From Patescibacteria group bacterium (GTDB lineage: Bacteria > Patescibacteriota > Patescibacteriia > UBA9570), in contig JBAYIY010000002.1 of NCBI GenBank assembly GCA_041665365.1, positions 66,178-130,177 of the forward strand: a stretch of 64,000 nt of DNA, in the 5' to 3' direction. A model generated the notes under the pieces. It had not been told where the DNA came from. It worked only from the letters and a program-made list of their open reading frames with translations, and made no database searches. Positions 41,415 to 52,374 of this stretch are shown one piece after another; position 1 is the first letter of the stretch; every line of letters begins with the position of its first letter. The position numbers were made by a program, and so were the translations under genes.

Positions 41415-42548
41415 TCAATTTTGCACATCAAAAATTAATTTTGGATAATCGCGCATGCGTTGTTCCATGAGTTCGGGTGTATATTCAGAAAATTTAATGA
41501 CCGTATCTTTACCACCATTGAGAATTATATTCCAAATTTTATCTTGGACACCGTTAGACTTGTCAGATAACACACTATCAATCGTTTGCCAGGTTTTGAA
41601 AATCTGTCGACCAATCACACAATGCAACGTTAAACCCTTCATGATCATGCCGGAAAATTTGTTGATCGTAAAATCGCCGTCTTTGATACCGAATAAAATC
41701 ACCTCTCCGCCAAACCGGGTAGTGGCGATGCAATTATTCACCGATGAGTTAAAACCAGCCATTTCCATAGTGATATCAGCCCCTCGACCAGCGGTGAGTT
41801 TCAACACCTCAGCACAAGCCTGACTATCCCCTTTTGGCTGAATTAACACTGTCTGGTGAGCGCCTAATTGTTTAGCAATATCCAGATTATGTTGGTTGGT
41901 ATCAACTCCAATTACTTGGCTAGCTCCAAACTGACGCGCCAATAAAATGGCAAACATACCAATTTGCCCACAGCCATAAATGACCACCTGTTTACCGCGC
42001 ACATCTACCTTACTTAAACTGTGTACGGCATTACCAAATGGATCACAAATCGCAGCAATTTCCGGACGTAATTTTGTCAGATCAATCGGCCACAGATTTT
42101 TGGCAGGTAAGTTTACTTGTTCGGCAAAAATACCATCGGTGCTGATACCTAAAATGGCTTGATCCTGACATACTTCCGCTTCACCTAACTTGCACTGATA
42201 ACAGTTTCCACAGGTAACATGTGAATCACCTGACACTGTATCTCCAACCTTAATACCATATAATTTTTCTACTTGCTCGCCCGCTGCTGTGACCTCACCG
42301 ACAAACTCGTGTCCTAAAATACGCAACGTTTTATGCTGTTTGTCTAGTGAATTGGCAAATACTTCAGAAAAAGCGACGCGATTCCAAATGCCACGATCTG
42401 ACCCACAGACACCGGCATATTTAACTTTTACCAGCACATGGGTAGCTTCGGTTAATGTCGGCACCGCAATTGGCCGTTTGATGAAGCCTTTTGATGTACT
42501 CCAACCGTCTTGTTTAAGATCTAATGTGAGAGCTTGAATATTAGTCAT
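41415..42548 (-). CDS. tdh: L-threonine 3-dehydrogenase (zinc-binding MDR family)
   Basis: GVCGSD, LGHEFVG, HVTCGNCYQC...C, DPFGNAVH, GCGQIG; adjacent to kbl. Confidence 0.9.
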   Translation of the reverse strand: MTNIQALTLDLKQDGWSTSKGFIKRPIAVPTLTEATHVLVKVKYAGVCGSDRGIWNRVAFSEVFANSLDKQHKTLRILGHEFVGEVTAAGEQVEKLYGIKVGDTVSGDSHVTCGNCYQCKLGEAEVCQDQAILGISTDGIFAEQVNLPAKNLWPIDLTKLRPEIAAICDPFGNAVHSLSKVDVRGKQVVIYGCGQIGMFAILLARQFGASQVIGVDTNQHNLDIAKQLGAHQTVLIQPKGDSQACAEVLKLTAGRGADITMEMAGFNSSVNNCIATTRFGGEVILFGIKDGDFTINKFSGMIMKGLTLHCVIGRQIFKTWQTIDSVLSDKSNGVQDKIWNIILNGGKDTVIKFSEYTPELMEQRMRDYPKLIFDVQN

Positions 42549-43605
42549 GCACCAGAGTATACAACAACTCTACATTTTTCGCGAGATCAGATATTTTGAT
42601 ATATTCATCTACGGTATGTAAATTACAGCCGCCTGTACCAATATTTACAGCTTTAATCCCATGTTTAATAAACGTATTGGCATCCGTTGAACCAACACAA
42701 GCCACTAAATTTGGTACAATATTCAAATCGGTCATGACACTCATGACATGTTTGAGTAATAGATCAGATTTTTTTAACTTATACCCATCCACCGCCACAT
42801 TACTGCATAATTCCAGTAATCCACCATATGTTTCACAAGCATCTTGCAAGGTTTTACTCATGTGCTCAATTTGATCTTCTATTTTCCGTTTGGAAAAACT
42901 GCGCGCCTCACCATGCAGAAAAACTTCAGCTGGAATAGAATTACGAATACTACCACCAGTAATGATACCAATATTAGCTGTAGTTGTTTGATCAATTCGT
43001 CCTAGTTTCATATGGTGAATGGCTGTAGCCGCAATTTTAATCGCACTGATGCCCTTTTCCGGATCAACCCCTGAATGAGCCGCTTTACCACGAATGTTGA
43101 CCCGAATATCGGCTAAATATGCCGAATGGTAATCTAGCTCACCAACGCCGCCTCCATCTATCACATAAGCGACCGGTGCATGAATCTGACTAAAATCCAA
43201 CGCCGCCGCTCCTTCAGAAAAAGTTTCTTCACTGGTGGTAAAAATAATCTCCAAGGGTGGATGTTTTACACCACGTTCTTTTAAAAGCGTGATGGCTTCA
43301 ATAATTTCAGCAATCCCCGCTTTATCATCAGCGCCCAATACGGAGGTACCATCGGTTTGAATCACATCACCCCGCACGACCGGCCGGATGCGCTGGCATG
43401 GCTGAACAGTATCCATATGCGCATTTAACAACAACGGCACCCCTTTACCCGGCAGATATCCAATTAGGTTTCCGGCTTTATCCACTTTGGTTTTTACACC
43501 CAGGGCGGTTAAATCTTTTTTGATCACCCGACTCAAAGCCGCCTCGTGGTGTGATGGGCTAGATATTTTGACATATTTTAAAAATGTTTTTACGAGACGG
43601 GTCAT
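42541..43605 (-). CDS. M20 family peptidase T-like metallopeptidase
   Basis: AHMDTV, LGADDKAG, SEE, GKAAHSGVDPEKGISAI, HTVDE; start 43605. Confidence 0.92.
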   Translation of the reverse strand: MTRLVKTFLKYVKISSPSHHEAALSRVIKKDLTALGVKTKVDKAGNLIGYLPGKGVPLLLNAHMDTVQPCQRIRPVVRGDVIQTDGTSVLGADDKAGIAEIIEAITLLKERGVKHPPLEIIFTTSEETFSEGAAALDFSQIHAPVAYVIDGGGVGELDYHSAYLADIRVNIRGKAAHSGVDPEKGISAIKIAATAIHHMKLGRIDQTTTANIGIITGGSIRNSIPAEVFLHGEARSFSKRKIEDQIEHMSKTLQDACETYGGLLELCSNVAVDGYKLKKSDLLLKHVMSVMTDLNIVPNLVACVGSTDANTFIKHGIKAVNIGTGGCNLHTVDEYIKISDLAKNVELLYTLVHD

Positions 43606-43658
43606 GTTGGTATGATAACACAAAATTTATATTGATGATTTTATTGTTTAATAATTTC

Positions 43659-43684
43659 AAAAAAAATAACCCCTCTCATGGGGT
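43659..43684 (-). terminator. Rho-independent terminator closing the small-ORF unit
   Basis: Minus strand ACCCC-ATGAGA-GGGGT-TATTTTTTTT. Confidence 0.7.
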
Positions 43685-43737
43685 AGGTTGGCCAGGGAGG
43701 AGTGCGTCGTGCTGCACTTCAACTCCCTGGCTTGGGA

Positions 43738-44052
43738 TCAGCAACCCATGCTGGGCTGCTGACTTCCCCGCTTCGGCGGTGGCGGGGGTGGCGACCCGAT
43801 GTCGAAATCATCGACCTCGGCGTCGTCGTATCCATCAGTGTCGTCATCGACGGGGTTGCCGTCGATGTCGGTGTCGTCATCACCGTCCATTGGATGGGAC
43901 GGTCGACGCGGCGGAGCAGTGAACTCCACCGCATCATCGTCCACCCGTGGGGGCGGCAGCCGGGGAGGCGACTCCTCCGGCTTTTTCGGTTCTGTTTTTT
44001 TGGGAGCTTCGGGGAGAACGTCCCCGATCTCCCACGAGCCGTTGTAGCACAT
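43738..44052 (-). CDS. Pro/Asp-rich disordered small protein (104 aa)
   Basis: SD GGAGAGG just upstream of ATG; starts 3 nt after the stop of the upstream ORF; followed by a terminator. Confidence 0.6.
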   Translation of the reverse strand: MCYNGSWEIGDVLPEAPKKTEPKKPEESPPRLPPPRVDDDAVEFTAPPRRPSHPMDGDDDTDIDGNPVDDDTDGYDDAEVDDFDIGSPPPPPPKRGSQQPSMGC

Positions 44053-44055
44053 CGG

Positions 44056-44232
44056 TCACCTCTCCTTTTCTTCGAATTTTTCGTTCATCTTCCGGAACGT
44101 TTCGGCATGTACCGGGTGATAGCCCGACACGTACTGACCGTTCGCGGTTTTGAAGTAGAAGGGCACGTTCGTACCCTTTTCACACAGGGCCGTAACCCCG
44201 TTTTTGGTTACTTGTTCCAACATTTCGTCCAC
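44056..44232 (-). CDS. Small hypothetical protein (58 aa; below the ORF-track cutoff)
   Basis: GGAGA-7nt-GTG; MDEMLEQVTKNGVTALCEKGTNVPFYFKTANGQYVSGYHPVHAETFRKMNEKFEEKER. Confidence 0.55.
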   Translation of the reverse strand: MDEMLEQVTKNGVTALCEKGTNVPFYFKTANGQYVSGYHPVHAETFRKMNEKFEEKER

Positions 44233-44379
44233 GATGTTGTCTCCAGAACACAGGAATCTGAATGACCCCTCTCCTTGATGTCACAAATCTTGTGGTAGCA
44301 AGGAAAAAAGTCAGTAGAAATGGTTGGTCGGCGGAGCGTATCACGTGCTCAACACCGACCAGTTTTTTTTGGGGGCGAC

Positions 44380-44553
44380 TCAGTCACCCCCGTAACCCGT
44401 GCCGATCCAGCGCGGATCGGTGTCGACCGGCTCGGTGGCCGGTTTCGGCGGGGAACGACGACGCTGCGGCGGCTGGGGTGGCGGGTTCCACCCTCCGTCG
44501 TGAGAATTATCAGGGATCGGGCGACGACGAGGTTCACGTTCTTCGGTCGGCAT
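44380..44553 (-). CDS. Small Pro/Arg-rich protein (57 aa) ending GGD
   Basis: AGGAGAG-ACC-ATG; MPTEEREPRRRPIPDNSHDGGWNPPPQPPQRRRSPPKPATEPVDTDPRWIGTGYGGD. Confidence 0.55.
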   Translation of the reverse strand: MPTEEREPRRRPIPDNSHDGGWNPPPQPPQRRRSPPKPATEPVDTDPRWIGTGYGGD

Positions 44554-44589
44554 GGTCTCTCCTGGGACACAGAGATCTCCATGATCTCT

Positions 44590-44960
44590 TTCCCTGACAA
44601 CACAACAAAATTATTGATTGGTGTGTTTTCAGTGAAAGAGGTTGGATGAGAGTTTTTTAAAGAAACCCTCTAAAACTTTGCCCCTTTTGGGGGCGCTCTC
44701 GCGTCACGGGACACCTCCTGGGATCAGATGATCCCGGTTGTCCAAACCGCAGGCTAGCGGCAGGAGCTGGCTACTGACTTTTATTCACATCTCCGGTTAC
44801 ACCTCCCTAGCCCTCCTATTGTAGGAGGGAATAAGAACAACCTATCTTACTCCCTTCCTAGAATAGGAAGGGTTGGGGAAGGTGTACACAGAAATGATTT
44901 AAGTTCAGCACTCAGCTCCCGGCTAATACAGCGGCCGGAACATATCTACGTTATCCTTTA
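44590..44960 (-). ncRNA. Candidate structured RNA / long 5' leader
   Basis: No long ORF; consecutive hairpins (CCGGC/GCCGG, GGAGCTG/CAGCTCC, CCGC/GCGG, GGACA..GGGATC/GATCCC..TGTCC, GCCCC/GGGGC, CTCTTTC/GAAAGAG). Confidence 0.45.
44798..44886. repeat. Two-lobed palindromic element at the apex of a long hairpin
   Basis: TACACCTCCCTAGCCCTCCTATTGTAGGAGGG...CCCTTCCTAGAATAGGAAGGGTTGGGGAAGGTGTA. Confidence 0.7.
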
Positions 44961-44992
44961 CTGATTGTCAATGAACCATTGAAATATCTACT

Positions 44993-45195
44993 AAAAATCC
45001 CGCTGGGTAAGCGGGTTAGACATTTCTGGATTCAACCTAGATTTCCTCTGCATCTAGTTGTATGTCTGTACCCGCTGACTTGGTGTAATAGTAGAACGAC
45101 GCACAATGAGTGTGAGAGATTTTACTGTTAATTTCCAAGTTTGCGTGTACAGCATACTTGGCGACCAGACTACACAATGATTAAAATTTTGTAAA
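44993..45195 (-). promoter_or_regulatory. Promoter plus candidate leader-peptide transcription attenuator
   Basis: TTTACA-17-TAGTCT (45195-45167); 33-aa ORF 45054-45155; antiterminator 45010-45076 and terminator 44993-45017 share CCCGCT. Confidence 0.55.
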
Positions 45196-45227
45196 GTATT
45201 ATTGTACGTAGTTATCCACAGACGGTG

Positions 45228-45278
45228 AAATTAAACCGGTAGAGACGTGCCGGCGGCACGTCTCTACCGGTTTAATTT
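45228..45278. repeat. GTAG-type REP-like palindrome with 25-bp perfect arms; overlaps the trpG-like stop
   Basis: AAATTAAACCG-GTAGAGACGTGCCGGCGGCACGTCTCTAC-CGGTTTAATTT; DnaA box at 45212-45220. Confidence 0.85.
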
Positions 45279-45844
45279 TTTTGTTCAAGAACATTACGTA
45301 TCATTTTTAGACCGTAATGCGGGTTAGTTAATATAGATTCAGGATGAAACTGTACACCTGTGATGGATAAACTTTTATGGCTAATACCCATCACAATATT
45401 ATCTTTAGTTTTAGCGGTGACAACAAAACAATCTGGTACATAATCAGCGGCTAAAGAATGATAGCGACCGACCAATAATGTTTTTGGTAAACCCTGAAAT
45501 ATACCTGAACCATCATGGGTAATAACAGAACCTCGCCCATGCACTGGCTTGGGTAACACTTGTAAGCTGCCACCAAAAGCTTCAAGCATGGCTTGCATGC
45601 CTAAACACACACCAAATTGCGGAATGACTCCGGAAAACTTTTTTATGTAAGTTAGTAGCTTCCCCGCTTGAGCTGGGTTACCCGGGCCAGGTGAATAGAC
45701 TAATAAATCTGGTTTTAGTTTTTTAATAACACTGACCGGAGTAGTATTATTTTTCACAATCACTTTTGCTCGACATTGGCGCAAATAGGCTACCAAGTTA
45801 TACGTAAAAGAATCGTGATTATCAATCAACCCGATGGTTTTCAT
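45272..45844 (-). CDS. Anthranilate/aminodeoxychorismate synthase component II (TrpG/PabA glutamine amidotransferase)
   Basis: IDNHDSFTYNL, SPGPGNP, GVCLGMQ, GRYHSL, GVQFHPESILT. Confidence 0.93.
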   Translation of the reverse strand: MKTIGLIDNHDSFTYNLVAYLRQCRAKVIVKNNTTPVSVIKKLKPDLLVYSPGPGNPAQAGKLLTYIKKFSGVIPQFGVCLGMQAMLEAFGGSLQVLPKPVHGRGSVITHDGSGIFQGLPKTLLVGRYHSLAADYVPDCFVVTAKTKDNIVMGISHKSLSITGVQFHPESILTNPHYGLKMIRNVLEQKN

Positions 45845-45864
45845 AAATATTCCAATATACTAGA

Positions 45865-46329
45865 TTATCGCTCGTCGCCGCCGTAGATCCAGTTGTAATC
45901 CATTTTTTCGTAGGCGAACAACTCGGTATCACTAAAGAAACGGCTCACTTCAGCCTTGGCTGATTCAGCTGAATCCGACGCATGGATAATATTATATTGC
46001 ACACTCATGGCAAAATCACCGCGGATACTACCGGCATCGGCGGCACGACCTTTAGTAGGACCAACAATTAAACGAATGGCATCAATCGCTTCATACCCTT
46101 CTAACACCATCATTACCACTGGAGCCGATTGCATAAACCGTTTCAAATCAGCAAAAAAAGGCTTATCGGCATGATGTGAGTAATGCTCAACTATTTTGGT
46201 ATCATCAATACGTATCATTTTTAAACCAACTACCTTTAAACCTTTCCGTTCAAAACGATGGATAATTTCACCAAGCAAATTACGTTGCAAAGCATCTGGC
46301 TTTACAATAATGAGTGAGCGTTGATTCAT
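45865..46329 (-). CDS. ndk: Nucleoside diphosphate kinase
   Basis: IVKPDA, GSIRGDF, NIIHASDS. Confidence 0.97.
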   Translation of the reverse strand: MNQRSLIIVKPDALQRNLLGEIIHRFERKGLKVVGLKMIRIDDTKIVEHYSHHADKPFFADLKRFMQSAPVVMMVLEGYEAIDAIRLIVGPTKGRAADAGSIRGDFAMSVQYNIIHASDSAESAKAEVSRFFSDTELFAYEKMDYNWIYGGDER

Positions 46330-46694
46330 TTGTGCAAAAGAGATTTAACCTTATCCACCACTTCTTGCGGTGTATGATTGGCTTTAATAAAATAATCCAC
46401 CGCACCTAACTCACGACCTTTGCGCACATCCTCCTCTTGGCCCAAATTGGTGAGTAAAATTACTGGGATCTTGGCTGTGGTTGGATCCTTTTTAAGTTTT
46501 TTTAAAGCCACAAAACCATCCATTTTTGGCATGATAACATCCAACAGTATCACGTCTGGATGTTCACTGGTGGCTAACTGCATACCATCGGCACCATTAT
46601 AGGCCGACAATATTTCGAACCCTTGGGTTTTAAACTTCCGGGTATACATCCCATGAAGCATTTCGTCGTCTTCGACTAATAGTACTTTATACAT
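46326..46694 (-). CDS. Single-domain response regulator
   Basis: LLVEDD, LLDVIMPKMDG, LLTNL, YFIKA. Confidence 0.93.
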   Translation of the reverse strand: MYKVLLVEDDEMLHGMYTRKFKTQGFEILSAYNGADGMQLATSEHPDVILLDVIMPKMDGFVALKKLKKDPTTAKIPVILLTNLGQEEDVRKGRELGAVDYFIKANHTPQEVVDKVKSLLHK

Positions 46695-46699
46695 ATCTT

Positions 46700-48109
46700 T
46701 CAGTATATCACCTGCTCTACCATTCGTCCAACCCGCAACAACTTACTTTCACTCCACTGTGGCCCAATAATCTGCACACCCACCGGTAAATTATCAACAC
46801 TTCCCGCTGGCACTACTAAAGCTGGTACCCCGGCTAAAGATGGTGGAATAGTATAAACATCTTCCAAATACATTTGTAAAGGATCTTGGCTGTTCGCACC
46901 AATCACAAAGGCCGTACCCGGACACGGTGGTGTCATTAACACATCTACCTTTTTAAACGCTTCTGTAAAATCTTGCCGCACCAAACTGCGCACTTTCATC
47001 GCTTTGAGATAATAGGCATCATAATAACCAGACGATAAGGCATAAGTACCTAACATGATGCGCCGTTTCGCCTCGGCGCCAAACCCCTCTCCCCGACTGT
47101 TCATATAAACACTTAGTAAATCGGTGGTGTTATTACTCCGAAAACCATATCTAATACCATCAAAGCGCGCTAAATTTGAACTAACTTCTGATGGCACTAA
47201 TATATAATAACTGGGCATGGCATAGGACGTATGTGGCATGTCTACCTCTATTACCTCAGCACCTTGTTTACTTAACTGATTCACTAAGTCATGCACTATT
47301 TTCTTCACGGCCGGATTTAAACCGTCAATTTCTAAATATTGTTTGGCTAGACCTATTTTTAGTTGGCTTATGGGTTGTTCAAGATTTTCAGTGTAATTAA
47401 CCACTAAGTTTTCTGGCACGTTACTATCATGTTGATCTGGCCCGGCGATGGTTTCCATAATCATGGCTAAATCCTCGACTGATTCAGTTAAAGGGCCAAC
47501 TGTATCAAATGATGACGCCATGGGAATAACTCCATAACGTGGTACCAAACCATACGTTGGGCGCATACCCACGACACCACAAAATGAAGCTGGCTGACGA
47601 ATTGAACCTCCTGTATCACTACCAAAAGCAAAAGGTGCTAATGAAGCCGCCACGGCCGCCGCCGAACCACCAGACGAACCACCAGCCACGCGAGTAATAT
47701 CAGCTGGATTTTTAGTTACCCCGAAACATGAGTTTTCAGTAGATGAACCCATGGCAAATTCATCGGCATTAGTTTTGCCCAACAACACTGCACCGGTTAA
47801 CCGATTTATAACTGTAGCAGTATAGGGTGGTTTGTAGCCACGTAAAATATTTGAACAAGCTGTGGTCTCAATATCTTTTACACAATAAATATCTTTGGCA
47901 GCATAAGGAATTCCGGTAAATAAAGATTGTTTACCGGCTTGAATAAGTTTATCGGCTGCAGTGGCTTGCTGTAAGGCTAGTTCTTCTGTTACTAAAACAT
48001 AAGCGTTCAACGCAGGATTTTTTTCTTTAATCTGTGTTAAATATTCGGTCGTTAACTTGGTGGCAGTAGTTTGACCACTATCTAATTGTTCACGCAGTTG
48101 TTTTAACAT
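46700..48109 (-). CDS. gatA: Asp/Glu-tRNA amidotransferase subunit A
   Basis: GKTNADEFAMGSSTENS, GGSSGGSAA, GSDTGGSIRQPA, KRRIMLGTYALSSGYYDAYY. Confidence 0.97.
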   Translation of the reverse strand: MLKQLREQLDSGQTTATKLTTEYLTQIKEKNPALNAYVLVTEELALQQATAADKLIQAGKQSLFTGIPYAAKDIYCVKDIETTACSNILRGYKPPYTATVINRLTGAVLLGKTNADEFAMGSSTENSCFGVTKNPADITRVAGGSSGGSAAAVAASLAPFAFGSDTGGSIRQPASFCGVVGMRPTYGLVPRYGVIPMASSFDTVGPLTESVEDLAMIMETIAGPDQHDSNVPENLVVNYTENLEQPISQLKIGLAKQYLEIDGLNPAVKKIVHDLVNQLSKQGAEVIEVDMPHTSYAMPSYYILVPSEVSSNLARFDGIRYGFRSNNTTDLLSVYMNSRGEGFGAEAKRRIMLGTYALSSGYYDAYYLKAMKVRSLVRQDFTEAFKKVDVLMTPPCPGTAFVIGANSQDPLQMYLEDVYTIPPSLAGVPALVVPAGSVDNLPVGVQIIGPQWSESKLLRVGRMVEQVIY

Positions 48110-48389
48110 GGATACTTTTTACTTTAATGTGTCCCTCGGCTGTTTCAATGGCACTGGCTAACATCTGGTCACGGGTAAATTCATCGGTTATGTCATCTGG
48201 CCGAAGTCTATTCGATAAACCGGTGACACTGGCCGTTGGTACTACCCCAGTTGTGTCTAACTGATTGAGTTGATCAACATAATCTAAAATCCGCGATAGT
48301 TCTACCTGAAACTGTTTTACTTCAGTCTCAGTTAAAGAGATGCGCGCTAAATGGCTGATTCTGATTACTTCGTCATGAGATAAAGCCAT
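48090..48389 (-). CDS. gatC: Asp/Glu-tRNA amidotransferase subunit C
   Basis: ISHLARISL, ILDYVDQLNQLDT, LRPD; overlaps gatA. Confidence 0.94.
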   Translation of the reverse strand: MALSHDEVIRISHLARISLTETEVKQFQVELSRILDYVDQLNQLDTTGVVPTASVTGLSNRLRPDDITDEFTRDQMLASAIETAEGHIKVKSIHVKTTA

Positions 48390-48394
48390 GGCGA

Positions 48395-51181
<2,787 letters not shown>

Positions 51182-51192
<11 letters not shown>

Positions 51193-51733
51193 ACTGTCTG
51201 GTGGTTAAAAATGTCTGTAATTTATATATTTGGCTCGCATCTTTGACACTATGTCCGGTGATTAATATCATGACACTTGGCTGATAATTAATATTCAAGG
51301 TTGGATCAGTTGGATTAGTCTGGGGGTAAATATAGAAAGACAAAGCATCGATCACTACATCGTTATGCACGGAAGTTGTGATCGGTGTGTCTATATCAGT
51401 CGCCACATTTTTTCTGATCACCTGGCCACCCATTAAAAAATAGCGATATGTTACCACCCCACCGGTGTCTGACACAGCTAAGTACAGATCATTCACCGGA
51501 TTCACCAGTGGTATAATTGTATAACTAGAATAGGATATTTCAGCGCTAGTCATTTGACTGGCTAAAGTTTCTAGAAAAAAATTCATCTCTTCTTGCACAT
51601 GTTGAGTATCAATCCCAGTGAGTGGTTTACGTAATGCTAAAATAAATAAATTAACCGTGACAGCCATCACCGTAGCAAACAGCGCCGCCGCAACGAGTAA
51701 TTCAACCAAGGTAAACCCTTTACGATTGTGCAT
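51182..51733 (-). CDS. Minor pilin (PilW-like), prepilin N-methylation motif
   Basis: RKG|FTLVELLV; start at MHNRKG (51733). Confidence 0.85.
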
Positions 51734-52370
51734 ATTTCCAATCATATAACTGTTCTTCAATCACCCGACTGTGGGTACTACCATGACTCTCCCATTGTAC
51801 TTCGGCTTTTACTTGTATGCCAATCTGCTGCGATAACGAACCACAATTTTGCTCGTCAGCCGATAATAAAACTTGTGTCACACCACCATCGGTTGAACAG
51901 ATCGGATAAAGGGTGACAAACCGACGATACGGTGTGGTTGTCCAACCACTTCCGGGCGGAGCCAAAAATTGACGATAGAGCCCCGCTCCATTTTGATAAA
52001 TAGTCGCTTGTGTCGCTGTAATACTATCTGATGTAAAATCTAAACTCAGAGCCGTTCCAGGATCACTTAAAGTTTGTTTCCATAAATAGATACCAGTATA
52101 ATCATCTGTTTCAGTGCCACTATGCAGCCCATCATCATACACAACCGTTAGACCATTGTCTCGCTTTAGCCAATTACTATCTCGAATAAACCGTACCGCT
52201 TCCACATTTTCACGCGCCAAATATAAAGCTACGACATCTTGTACCGTAGTATTTGAAGAGGCTTGCGCATTAACTAAAGTGGTGATTAATGTCACCAAAC
52301 CGGTGATAATAATAGTAATCGATAATAACACTTCAATTAATGTTTGACCAACTGAGAGAGAACGATGCAT
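51720..52370 (-). CDS. Minor pilin (PilV-like)
   Basis: G|QTLIEVLLS, ALYLARENVEAVRFIRD. Confidence 0.8.
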   Translation of the reverse strand: MHRSLSVGQTLIEVLLSITIIITGLVTLITTLVNAQASSNTTVQDVVALYLARENVEAVRFIRDSNWLKRDNGLTVVYDDGLHSGTETDDYTGIYLWKQTLSDPGTALSLDFTSDSITATQATIYQNGAGLYRQFLAPPGSGWTTTPYRRFVTLYPICSTDGGVTQVLLSADEQNCGSLSQQIGIQVKAEVQWESHGSTHSRVIEEQLYDWKYAQS

Positions 52371-52374
52371 AACT

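Noticed and set aside
44363-44391. Intrinsic terminator after the 57-aa ORF
   Set aside because: The hairpin is followed by A8 on the coding strand and preceded, not followed, by T8 on the other strand
43584-44649. Plus-strand ORFs (112, 187, 111 and 109 aa) and the minus-strand 84-aa ORF 44349-44603
   Set aside because: Likely by-products of high GC; SD sites, gene coupling and the terminator favour the three minus-strand ORFs reported, though the 84-aa frame cannot be fully excluded
44640-44710. c-di-GMP-I riboswitch or hammerhead ribozyme
   Set aside because: Only a loose GGGGCAAAG resemblance; the GNRA-capped P2/receptor layout and the CUGANGA..GAAA core were not found
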